Virus record (IMG/VR): IMGVR_UViG_3300030372_003948
Location: 1-32,807 of that record
Reading direction: 5' to 3' (one strand)
DNA from: a virus
Taxonomy: Duplodnaviria; Caudoviricetes
Length of the DNA stretch: 32,807 nucleotides
Shown here: positions 16,001 through 24,164 of the stretch, in pieces
How positions within the stretch are numbered: the first letter of the stretch is position 1
Layout: each line of letters starts with the position of its first letter
Notes under the pieces: generated by a model
Databases searched by the model: none
What the model was told of the DNA's origin: nothing
Seen by the model: the letters and a program-made list of their open reading frames with translations, nothing else
Made by a program: the position numbers and the translations under genes

Positions 16001-18803
16001 ACTTAATTACTATATTATCAGTGCGTCCTGTCGCTTTGACAGACGCATTGTGTACTGCGTTTGTAAAATTAGAAAAATGTATATTATCTACAAAAACGTT
16101 AGTTTGTTTGTCTACACCATAATCACTAGGATAGTCTCCAGTTATACCAAAATCAACTTTAGAACCAGTATATGCTGCCCACGGTTGTTGTTCACCCATT
16201 AAATCGTCAGTAGTACCTGATTGATAGTTAGTTTGTCTATAGTTGGTTACCCATAACGTCATATATCTAGGCCATAAAGATGGTTGTTCTAACCATGTTT
16301 GTCCTATACCGGCAGTAGAGTTATGAGGAGATGTAGGGAAAAGTATAGGTAAAGAAACGGGTTCTTCTAAAGTGCCCGCGCTTAATACATCTGTCCCTTC
16401 TGTCTCAGTACTACTGGCAGTTTTTATAACACCATCTGTAAAGTAAACCCTACACTGGTCAGCTTTTCCTATATTATCATTTACTGCACCTAGTCTTCCA
16501 GCGGCAGAACCACCTAGTACATTAAAAACAAATTTAGCATTAACAAATTGGTCCATAGATAAATTGACAGATTGTTCAAATTCTTGACCATATACTCCAG
16601 TCGCATTTTCACTATTACCATCGTTAGCAGGTATACCAGCAAAACACATTAGACCAGCAGACTGAGTAGCAGTACCACTAGCATTATTAAATTTTAAAAT
16701 ACGATTTCTTACATTTTCAATGTTTAATACATTATCTTGATATCCAGACATCAAATTACCTTGAGCATAATTAGATTGACCACATTGTAAAGACATAGCA
16801 GTTAATACATTACCATCACCTTTTTCGAATGCAGTGCCAGAAGCTCCAGCACTATTATAAACTCCTTTTGCAGCACGGTCTTTAAATATTGTTAGACCTC
16901 CTATAAATTTATCACCGGGTGTAGTACCATCATAATAGTCTTTTAATCCCCGATGAATGAAACTATCTAACCCTTCACCTTCATTAGGTGGATAATTAGA
17001 AAAACATATAGTAAAGTTGCGCATCAATGTTCTAAATTGAAAATCGAAAGGTCCCGTCCCAACTTCCCAATCTTTAGTACCACTAACATAACATGTATCA
17101 GTGTATCTATTTACAGCAGTTCCGGCAGTCATATTAGCACCCCAGTAATCTGTAAATATCCCTTGCTTGGCTATCTGGTCAGCTGCATCTGTGAGTGTAC
17201 TAGCTATAGTAGGAACTACATCCATTTCTTTAACATTGAATTTAATATTAATTTCTGGTAATGTAACATTATCCCATGCATGACCTTCACCATTACCATT
17301 ACCTTGTGCTTTAACATTAAAAGCATTATCTATTTGTTGAGGGAATGGCACATTTTTCATACCAACACAACAGAATTGTGGATTAGCAGCACCACTAATT
17401 CCGTACATAGGGTCTAATCCCTCTTGGTCTGTGCGATAAGCATTAAGTTTAGAATAACTCCATAAGTTATACATTTGTAAAGAAGAGCCACCTTCGGCAT
17501 ATGCTTCATTTGAAATTTGAATTATAGATTTGTTAACGGGGAGACCACTTTTATCACCTGCACCGTAAAACGTACTTATGTTTGGACTGGCATATATTAA
17601 TCCACTATCAAATATAGTGTTATTTGTATTAACATCTTCAGCTTCTTCTACGTTAGTTTTTTCTCTAGTTCTATATTGTACAAGGCCCTTTATATCTTTC
17701 CATCTCCAGTAAGGAGTAAAAGCAAAAATATTTTCCATACCTTCTCTATAGTCATTGGCTGGTACCCATAAATCATCTAATTTTTCTTCGTCAAGAGGTT
17801 TGATATACATTATAGGGTTATCTCCAGTAGTTGTTATTGTCTGAGGAGCAGTTCTGCGTTCTGCTGTTGCATCAAGAGTAGGACCTACTGTGTAAGTTGT
17901 TTCTATGACTTCTACCACAGTTTCAGCTCTCGTATTATCTTCTTTAGTTCCAAAGTATTCTTTGAAAAAGGCTGCACCTGAAGGTCCTGCGTCTTCACCA
18001 GTCAATGATTGATATAAACCATAAGTTAATGAATAATTACCACCTGCATAAAGTGTACTTGCTAATTTATCACCATTAAAACTATTTAATGAAATATAAG
18101 GCTCAGAAACTTTAAAACCAGCAATTGAAGCAGTTCCTATATTTTGACCTCCATCAAAATTTTCGGAATAAGTATATAAATCTTTATCTGCGTGAGCAGT
18201 ATAAACAGATAATTCATCACCAAAAAAACGTGATTTATATAAATTATTAGAGGTTGCTGCTATACCAGAACCGTGAACAGTTCCTGAATAAGTAAGAGTA
18301 GTGTCATTTGTAATTTCTGCAACTACTTTGATTTCAGGAGATGCCGCAGGTCCTATCTTTATATCATCTCCTACGTTAAAATCCGTCATAAAGGAAGTAC
18401 CTGTTCCATTTATTATAGCCGAACCAGCAGCTACGCTACCACTTTGACCAGTTAAATTTTCCCAACCATGGGATAATTCCATATCTCCTTCTTTGAATGT
18501 AGTTCCAGAAACTGCCGCATAAAGGTCTACTATAGGAGGAGCTCCTGTAGAACTGAGTTCTGTACCACTACAATATAAAACTAAATCTCCACCTATTAAT
18601 TGTCCATCTCCATAGGTTAATGATGGTGGGGTTGCCCCAGACAATAAAAATATATTAGAACTAGTTCCTCCGTTAAGCTTTATATCTCTTGTTCCTGATA
18701 AAGCTGCGTCTGTTAAAGAAGGTCTTAATTCTATAGCACCTTCTGTAGTAATGTTATGTTTTCTATAAAAACAATTCTTTTGTATATCTATTGGACCTGC
18801 CAT
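13071..18803 (-). CDS. 1910-aa virion structural/adhesion protein with C-terminal LamG/ConA-like domain
   Basis: Directly follows the tape measure gene; G/T/S-rich. Contains fibre-type modules (INGTGTSF...VGDDIKIG...ITNDTTLT; MTISRAQLGTTA) and a LamG pattern (TIFHRG...IACVYD...LYINGKL...GLMEEFIIY). Confidence 0.75.
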   Translation of the reverse strand: MAGPIDIQKNCFYRKHNITTEGAIELRPSLTDAALSGTRDIKLNGGTSSNIFLLSGATPPSLTYGDGQLIGGDLVLYCSGTELSSTGAPPIVDLYAAVSGTTFKEGDMELSHGWENLTGQSGSVAAGSAIINGTGTSFMTDFNVGDDIKIGPAASPEIKVVAEITNDTTLTYSGTVHGSGIAATSNNLYKSRFFGDELSVYTAHADKDLYTYSENFDGGQNIGTASIAGFKVSEPYISLNSFNGDKLASTLYAGGNYSLTYGLYQSLTGEDAGPSGAAFFKEYFGTKEDNTRAETVVEVIETTYTVGPTLDATAERRTAPQTITTTGDNPIMYIKPLDEEKLDDLWVPANDYREGMENIFAFTPYWRWKDIKGLVQYRTREKTNVEEAEDVNTNNTIFDSGLIYASPNISTFYGAGDKSGLPVNKSIIQISNEAYAEGGSSLQMYNLWSYSKLNAYRTDQEGLDPMYGISGAANPQFCCVGMKNVPFPQQIDNAFNVKAQGNGNGEGHAWDNVTLPEINIKFNVKEMDVVPTIASTLTDAADQIAKQGIFTDYWGANMTAGTAVNRYTDTCYVSGTKDWEVGTGPFDFQFRTLMRNFTICFSNYPPNEGEGLDSFIHRGLKDYYDGTTPGDKFIGGLTIFKDRAAKGVYNSAGASGTAFEKGDGNVLTAMSLQCGQSNYAQGNLMSGYQDNVLNIENVRNRILKFNNASGTATQSAGLMCFAGIPANDGNSENATGVYGQEFEQSVNLSMDQFVNAKFVFNVLGGSAAGRLGAVNDNIGKADQCRVYFTDGVIKTASSTETEGTDVLSAGTLEEPVSLPILFPTSPHNSTAGIGQTWLEQPSLWPRYMTLWVTNYRQTNYQSGTTDDLMGEQQPWAAYTGSKVDFGITGDYPSDYGVDKQTNVFVDNIHFSNFTNAVHNASVKATGRTDNIVIKSWPTKSPVQVPPNYALYDAVATAAGRLPGSMLSPTFTNYHMPTYVLLGFDNGPADFYASGGADPGTTQWYQWHGFGTSAFSNLAKQTTYTTTHNMSWYRHADQSGLMKSYGNYLQNSYFSYAFYNGGAATKAVPSFATSTPTRGFIQTTPTFGATQPTVASDEIFNFATGSAASLFTDGLTQKGFTQFGAKGDNGSDNDYDGSWLKREHPFVAAKITKIPLIYDEDDILEEGVIEVDRGAIFDMPLSDEYIVYTVGGGTGSLRPHANIIAEGSADSPYYDYDTKTTTQTWSGTINNTDTTMDIDDGNGLIQPDPAFGVTISPTDYFHTGSYVALHKRSDSSVPEIIRIDGYEIGGGATGYDRMTISRAQLGTTASVRTSGDYYLYPIINTFSIKGVTQRKQRDGNKIFLNVPQLDSVINEQNLPYLYISPYKYWQWFQMWPGEMAIGTPASATTNAGMAAVEGTKSGPKAYSAISLMKSGSAATTATGTTYSEEEYTFLSAMTGSVGRVSPYNNLWSLDTATSGSSIETSIDYGLGPYTEDTRTGGQVTSRGVYSQNPMAFNLDGLIASKDWGHEEPVVNKVVLGAPLLSSSAVFYGNDYTTTTARQGIAAGSTIIQEDVKPYYLWKYYDPVPSVSNFTVGPAFNLLDRETNLYDLTNENLNAVRFNWSESGEDIWYRMLIVDEKAVYSKYHGFFGAAPHPMLYGAMNEVPTSVTSAPTLTFKDTTTDSFGTTFEPTVGTGARMSPEGLQGYAFDTGVSGAASTISWPFTSSKGIYLSTQYTFIIHLTPGEFSGATNQTIFHRGTAGNGGLIIEMDNGVVKVNMGGLTTPLSSKTVSPRDGKQPMMIACVYDKNADVPCKLYINGKLEDYSLTGTTDPSEGAGTTTYMCNNAAGNQPYYGLMEEFIIYGGVIYFPDDTGEFVLDGSRYVEVEDDGTKSDALSVHAKLFIMDYHNIRGDGKDVLCSTPTISWRPTIA

Positions 18804-18804
18804 A

Positions 18805-21800
18805 TTATACTACTCCTGCAAAAGTGTCTACGGCTATCTTACTATTATTAGATGTTGAATTAGCCGCTGTTAAATTTTGTACTATTAATGTATTAATCAT
18901 TCCGTTACCATTGGACATGCCTGTCTGTCCTCTTAATAGATTTCGGGTCCTGTCAGTATTTAAAACTTGTCCTCCCATCCTAGGAGGAATAATCAGTTCT
19001 GGACCTCTTTCTCCTACTAAAATAGGTCCTCCATTAGCATATGCTGGAATTTTACCACCATTAGCAAAATCCATAACATAATCAAACATACCTCCGGGCG
19101 AATATTTAGTACCCCAGTAACCATCTCCACCTGTACCATATGCTGTATCGGCTGCTAATTTATGTTCACTAGCTATTATATCATAAGTAGACTGACCAGT
19201 AGCCTCTTGATAGTTTCTTATCATTGTAGACGCGCCACCAGTCGCAACGTCTCTTGTGTAATTTCCTGCTCCCAATTCATCCATTTTTCTTAATTCTTTA
19301 ATAGCCCAAATTAAATTTTCTAAATTAGGACCTAATACTATATCTACGGTAGTATGTGCTAAATCTGCTATAAATTGTAAAACTGTAGCTATAGCTTTAG
19401 CAACTGCAAAGGTTATTAAAGCCACAATAGAACCTATCTCTTGCATTATACCTATCATAAAAGCACGATTATCCGAAAAACCGAAAGATTTCATAGCTCT
19501 TTCTGTAGCTTCTCCCCATTCTGTAAACATTTCCGTTAATGGAGATACTGCATATTTTAACATTCTAAGTGTTTCTGAAAAACCAATTTTTAATCCATCC
19601 CATGCCGCCTTTAAATCCATTGTTCTTAATACTAAATAACCAACAACTGCTACTAAAGCTGCGGCTGCAACATAAGGATTCATCAATGCTCTACCTAATC
19701 CTTTTAACATTCCACCCAGTGAACCGAGTGAGGAGGTCTGTGCCAGTGTTGCAGTAGTTGCCGCATTAGTTGCAGCTGCTCTACCTGCTTCTGCACCTGC
19801 CAATGCTCTACTTGCTGCTGCACTAGCTACCTTAGCAGTGTTATTAGCTATCGTGGCTACTGTATCTGCAAGCGTAAGCAGTGTATTAACAGGTATTATT
19901 GCTGTTAAAAGTTTAATCCATAGTGCTAATTTTAGTACGTTTGGACCTAATAGTTGTACTACTTTAAGAACCGCAGAAACAGGCATAAAGTAAGCTTTAA
20001 GCATAGAGATGTTTAAGAAACCTTCTTTACTAAACTCTCTAATGATATTAACCATAGATTTCACAGCCCCGGCAAATAATTCTACACCTTGTACTGCTAT
20101 TTTTCTTATATCTCTTCCAAATTGAGTTAATGCAAATGTACCATCTGCTAGTTCTTCTACGATTAATCCCCTAAGTGAAGCGATAACGTCTAATACACCT
20201 TGGTGGAACTCGTTTAGGGATTCAGTTCCATCTGCATTAGCATCACGCATAAAGAAAATTGCTTCGACATTATTCTTTAAAATTTGCATTTGAGCGGATA
20301 TTGATTCATTTTGAATTCTAACCATTTCATCTAATTCTCCACCTGCATTTACAGTAGCTTGTACTGCTTCTTCAAACTCTTCAGCATTCTGTACTAAGTG
20401 AATAAACGCGGTTGCACCACGTACATTCAAATCTTGTATCAGTGCTGTTAACAATTCAGTATTACTAGCTGTTTCAGGCCCTACTACGTCAGCGAATAAT
20501 CTAGCAATTTCGGTCAACTGTAGCATTTCACCATTAGCGTCAAGGATGTTTATACCCATAGATGCAAATGCAGTAGCATTATCTTCTGCACCTTCAGCAA
20601 ACTCAGCTAATGCTTGTCTTAAACCACGACCTGCAATACCAGCTTCCAAAGCTCTATTAGTCAAGACCTGTAGAGACCCCAATAGTTGGTCTATACTTTG
20701 CCCTGTAGCAGTAAAGAAAGGTAGAGCAAACTTGATAGCGCTTGTTAAATCTTCATACTCAATAAGAGATTTCTGAATAGCATGCGCAAATTTATCTGTT
20801 AATAAACCTGCTTGGTCCATTTCCATACCAAAACCGAACAGTGTCTGTGCAGTAAGCTTAGATATAGTGTTATGGTCTCCTTGTACAGCCATAGAAAGTT
20901 TTAAAGTATGTGGTAAAACAGACATAGCTTCATTAGCATCTAAACCAGCCGAAGCAAGTTGATAGAGACCAGCGGCTCCGTTATCCATAGCAAGACCAAA
21001 TTCTTGGCCAAATTGTACTATAGTCTGAGAAGTCTTGAATAATTCGTCTCGAGTAAGATTAAACACAGAATTTGCATTTAACAGTTCTCTTTCAAATACT
21101 TGTAAAGCAGAGGTAGTTTCACCAAGTTTATAGTAGAAACCAGTTAAGATAGAGATAGAATCTCTTAATACTTGTCCAAAGCCCTCTTTCATAGTATAAA
21201 CTGCCTTTTGCATAGCATCATGGAGCTTATTCTGGGCTTCTGTCAATTCATTTGTTAAATCTTCTTGAATTTTTAAAGATTCATTTGCACTATCTCGTGC
21301 ATCTTTTTGGTCCTTTAGTAGATTTTTCTCTTCTTCAGCGAGCCTTCTTTTTTCTTGTGAGCGCTCTTTATCTAAAATAAGCATTTGCTCATAGGTTTTT
21401 TCTAATGCCTGAGCATCCTCTATCAAAGAAGCAGCATATTCTTGCTCTTCTACGAATTCTTTAGCTCGTATAGCAGCAGCAGCACTTCTAACTTTAGACT
21501 GCTCTAGTGTTATTTCAGTTGCTTTTATAACAGATTGTCTTTCTTGGTTATTTAATTCAATAAAATTCTTCATTATACGCTGATATTTTTCAGCCGATTT
21601 CATATCAGTATTTATATTAGCGAATAATTTGGGTGCTAAAGCAGGAGTAGCGCGTTGTAAACCAGTTCGCATTTGTTGGACTTGTCGCGATGATGACGCT
21701 ACTTGTCCTGAAAACATTTTATTAGTTCTATTTAAAGACCTTTGTGCAGATTGCATCAATTCGGCTTGAGAGCGTTTTTGGAATTCAGCCACTCGAGCAT

Positions 21801-21993
21801 TCGCTCGTTGTAACTCTTGCGTGGTTACTTGGCTTCTCTCTTGTGCTGCTTCGAGATGGTGACTATTTAACTTCTTGTACATCTTCTTAGAGAAGTTACC
21901 CAGCATCTCTCCTGTTTGACTTAGAGCCTTAGGAGAGGGTACTGCGAGTCCAATAGCAACTCTAGCTGCGAATATTTGACCTGCTACACCCAT
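18805..21993 (-). CDS. Tail tape measure protein (TP901-type core)
   Basis: Helical, Ala-rich. Core GLYQLASAGL...LKLSMA...DKFAHA...LQVLTNRALEAGIAGRGLRQAL...MGINILDANGEM; hydrophobic segment; C-terminal FANGG...LVGERGPELIIP. Confidence 0.93.
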   Translation of the reverse strand: MGVAGQIFAARVAIGLAVPSPKALSQTGEMLGNFSKKMYKKLNSHHLEAAQERSQVTTQELQRANARVAEFQKRSQAELMQSAQRSLNRTNKMFSGQVASSSRQVQQMRTGLQRATPALAPKLFANINTDMKSAEKYQRIMKNFIELNNQERQSVIKATEITLEQSKVRSAAAAIRAKEFVEEQEYAASLIEDAQALEKTYEQMLILDKERSQEKRRLAEEEKNLLKDQKDARDSANESLKIQEDLTNELTEAQNKLHDAMQKAVYTMKEGFGQVLRDSISILTGFYYKLGETTSALQVFERELLNANSVFNLTRDELFKTSQTIVQFGQEFGLAMDNGAAGLYQLASAGLDANEAMSVLPHTLKLSMAVQGDHNTISKLTAQTLFGFGMEMDQAGLLTDKFAHAIQKSLIEYEDLTSAIKFALPFFTATGQSIDQLLGSLQVLTNRALEAGIAGRGLRQALAEFAEGAEDNATAFASMGINILDANGEMLQLTEIARLFADVVGPETASNTELLTALIQDLNVRGATAFIHLVQNAEEFEEAVQATVNAGGELDEMVRIQNESISAQMQILKNNVEAIFFMRDANADGTESLNEFHQGVLDVIASLRGLIVEELADGTFALTQFGRDIRKIAVQGVELFAGAVKSMVNIIREFSKEGFLNISMLKAYFMPVSAVLKVVQLLGPNVLKLALWIKLLTAIIPVNTLLTLADTVATIANNTAKVASAAASRALAGAEAGRAAATNAATTATLAQTSSLGSLGGMLKGLGRALMNPYVAAAALVAVVGYLVLRTMDLKAAWDGLKIGFSETLRMLKYAVSPLTEMFTEWGEATERAMKSFGFSDNRAFMIGIMQEIGSIVALITFAVAKAIATVLQFIADLAHTTVDIVLGPNLENLIWAIKELRKMDELGAGNYTRDVATGGASTMIRNYQEATGQSTYDIIASEHKLAADTAYGTGGDGYWGTKYSPGGMFDYVMDFANGGKIPAYANGGPILVGERGPELIIPPRMGGQVLNTDRTRNLLRGQTGMSNGNGMINTLIVQNLTAANSTSNNSKIAVDTFAGVV

Positions 21994-21994
21994 T

Positions 21995-22288
21995 CTACAT
22001 CAATCCATCAAATGAGACTTTTCTTTTCTTTCCAATTAAATCATCAAATTTAGCCCTTTTTTCTTGGTAATGAGCCCAAGAAGACCTTATTTGGGGTTTA
22101 TTTTTGGCGATTTCACCCACTTCATCTGCTGTATATCCATCCATAGAATGGAGAGCATTATATTCATTCAATGCCCCTTGTAAACCTTCTAGTTCATATG
22201 CGGGCATATTCTTTATTTCAGTCCATGATATTCCTAACTCTTTCATAAGAGGGACGTAAAGGACGACCGGTCTAGGTGTCTCGGTCAT
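21995..22288 (-). CDS. Tail assembly chaperone, downstream (gpT-like) portion
   Basis: Immediately upstream of the tape measure gene; LMKELGISWTEIKNMP pattern; in the -1 frame relative to 22285-22662. Confidence 0.8.
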   Translation of the reverse strand: MTETPRPVVLYVPLMKELGISWTEIKNMPAYELEGLQGALNEYNALHSMDGYTADEVGEIAKNKPQIRSSWAHYQEKRAKFDDLIGKKRKVSFDGLM

Positions 22289-22303
22289 CCCATGGTAAAA
22301 TTT
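22260..22303 (-). other. Programmed -1 ribosomal frameshift signal
   Basis: In-frame slippery heptamer A-AAT-TTT (22303-22297), 5-6 nt spacer, then stem GGATGACCG / CGGTCGTCC (22290-22282 with 22269-22261). Confidence 0.85.
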
Positions 22304-22662
22304 TCGCGTACTTCCGCATTGATAGCCATTATTTTATTAGCAATAGCATATCTTAGGGTAGTAGGTAATTTTGACCATGTTTCACTATCCAATAATTTAT
22401 TTTCTGGAACTTTTTCGTTTGCTTTTTCTATCATTTTAAGTACTCTCATAGTACCTAATTCTTGATAATAAGTCATTCTTTCTTCTTCGTTCTCGAAGTC
22501 ATCTTTAAATGAGCCGGTAGGTTCTTCTTCTTCTGTTAATTCACAGAATTGTATTTTTAAAACCTTTCCTCTATATTCAACCTCTTCATTTTGTACTTCG
22601 TCTGTTAAAGCTACCAAGCTTTCTATTGTCCAAGTTTCTATTTCTTTTTCTTCTTTTGACAT
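22285..22662 (-). CDS. Tail assembly chaperone (gpG-like)
   Basis: Acidic 125-aa protein between the tube and tape measure genes; ends ENF at the slippery site; AAGGAG Shine-Dalgarno. Confidence 0.85.
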   Translation of the reverse strand: MSKEEKEIETWTIESLVALTDEVQNEEVEYRGKVLKIQFCELTEEEEPTGSFKDDFENEEERMTYYQELGTMRVLKMIEKANEKVPENKLLDSETWSKLPTTLRYAIANKIMAINAEVRENFTMG

Positions 22663-22675
22663 TTCTATCTCCTTT

Positions 22676-22705
22676 TATAAAACCAAACAGGGCACAGCCC
22701 TGCTT
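22676..22705 (-). terminator. Stem-loop with T-rich tail after the tail tube genes
   Basis: Minus strand AAGCAGGGC-TGT-GCCCTGTTT followed by GGTTTTAT, in the gap between tube gene 2 and the chaperone. Confidence 0.6.
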
Positions 22706-22720
22706 AGTTATTTAACAACC

Positions 22721-23341
22721 TTATAAGTCAGTTGTTGGGGTTACAACGGCTGAACCAGTATTTCCTATCTTAGGGTCTATATAAGTCATAAACTCTATAG
22801 TTTCATCAAAGGTTCCATCTACGTTTGTAGTTACTGTATGACTTTGTAAGCAACAGTTCCTCAATGTAAATGTATCTCCTTGATTAGTTCCACTAGGTTT
22901 TAGTTTCAACCAGATTCTAAATCCACGTGTTTGGGTTGGTTCTTCATTATCAGAAGCACCTATTAAAGCAGCTCCTGTTAATCCAAATCTTGCGTTGTTA
23001 AACCAATCATCCCATACTGCGTCAACTTTCTTACGTGTTAAAGTTAATGTTGTTTCCTTTTTGATTTCTACTTTCGTAACATCACGGAAACCTACATATG
23101 TTATATCTTCATCCATTGCACCAACGGATAAATCTGCACCAATTAAATATTTTAACTCATTACCAGAAGCTTGAGCATCTGTGTGCCCTCTTGGTACTGC
23201 TACTAATGAATAAGATGCTTTAGATACTGCATCATCAAAAGCCCAAGATGGTCCTGTAGCTCCTGATTGCCAGAATAAACCATTGTCTGCTTCTTCTGTA
23301 GATACAATAACATCTAAATCTCTTCCTACGAAATAGACCAT
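22721..23341 (-). CDS. Tail tube (major tail) protein, paralogue 2 (206 aa)
   Basis: True start is MVYFVGRDLDV at 23341 (TAATG overlap), not 23491. Aligns along its length with 23341-24078; lies directly upstream of the chaperones. Confidence 0.75.
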   Translation of the reverse strand: MVYFVGRDLDVIVSTEEADNGLFWQSGATGPSWAFDDAVSKASYSLVAVPRGHTDAQASGNELKYLIGADLSVGAMDEDITYVGFRDVTKVEIKKETTLTLTRKKVDAVWDDWFNNARFGLTGAALIGASDNEEPTQTRGFRIWLKLKPSGTNQGDTFTLRNCCLQSHTVTTNVDGTFDETIEFMTYIDPKIGNTGSAVVTPTTDL

Positions 23342-24078
23342 TAGAACATCCCCAACGCTGTAGGCGTTGTATTGAATGTAGCTGCGGTCGTTGAGTAAGC
23401 CATTGCTGGCATTACTGATGTAGTCAGTTCCATTGTTTCTTCTGTAGTACCGTCTGCATTGACTGATACTGAGTGTCCAGTAATTGCACAATTTGTTAGT
23501 GTAATTACTTCTCCGTAGTTAGTTCCGTCACCGTTTCTTAATCTCATATGCACGCGATATCCGTAAACAGGGTGTGCCCCTGCTGTTCCGCTACAGACAT
23601 AAGCTGGAAAATCTAAACCCATACCTATATCACTAGCTGATGTTGATGCACCGTTTGCTAATCCGAATCGAGCTCCCATTCGTCCAGCTTCATTTGTGCT
23701 ACCCTCGAAATCTGCCGGCAAAGAGGGACCATTAAAAATAATATCCCATATATTGTTTTTCTTTTTTCGAGTTACAGTTATTGTGGTGTCTTTCCTACCA
23801 CTTGTTACTTTTTGCGTATTTATGTGACCAAAAAAGGGACCTACGTCTTCGTCTGATGATGCCATTGATAGGTCCACGCCTATCAAATCACTTACTCGAC
23901 CTCCGGAAACTGATGCTGCGCTAGCCATAGATAATGCAAACGTAAAACCAGATGTGATAGTTGCATCACTATCTACATAAGCTTGGTTACTTGCGTTTAC
24001 TCCTATCGCCATGTCAGACGTGTCGGTTCCTTCGGTTGTGAAAAATACATCACAATCTCTTCCTAGGTAATATGCCAT
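23341..24078 (-). CDS. Tail tube (major tail) protein, paralogue 1 (245 aa)
   Basis: Beta-rich tube-like pattern (TITVTRKK...ITLTNCAITGHSVSVNADGTTEETMEL); has its own promoter and a GAGGA Shine-Dalgarno. Confidence 0.75.
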   Translation of the reverse strand: MAYYLGRDCDVFFTTEGTDTSDMAIGVNASNQAYVDSDATITSGFTFALSMASAASVSGGRVSDLIGVDLSMASSDEDVGPFFGHINTQKVTSGRKDTTITVTRKKKNNIWDIIFNGPSLPADFEGSTNEAGRMGARFGLANGASTSASDIGMGLDFPAYVCSGTAGAHPVYGYRVHMRLRNGDGTNYGEVITLTNCAITGHSVSVNADGTTEETMELTTSVMPAMAYSTTAATFNTTPTALGMF

Positions 24079-24144
24079 ATTTTGTTCCTCTTTTTTGCTT
24101 GTTTAAACAACATTACATTACACTACCCTTATTATACTCAACTG

Positions 24145-24160
24145 TAGTATATAAAGCTTG
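24145..24160 (-). promoter_or_regulatory. TATA promoter CAAGCTTTATATACTA driving the tail tube genes
   Basis: Exact reverse complement of 2267-2282; intergenic; 66 nt upstream of the tube gene ATG. Confidence 0.75.
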
Positions 24161-24164
24161 TGCT

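Noticed and set aside
23342-23491. 50-aa N-terminal extension of the second tube protein
   Set aside because: It overlaps the first tube gene, and paralogue alignment starts exactly at the Met at 23341.
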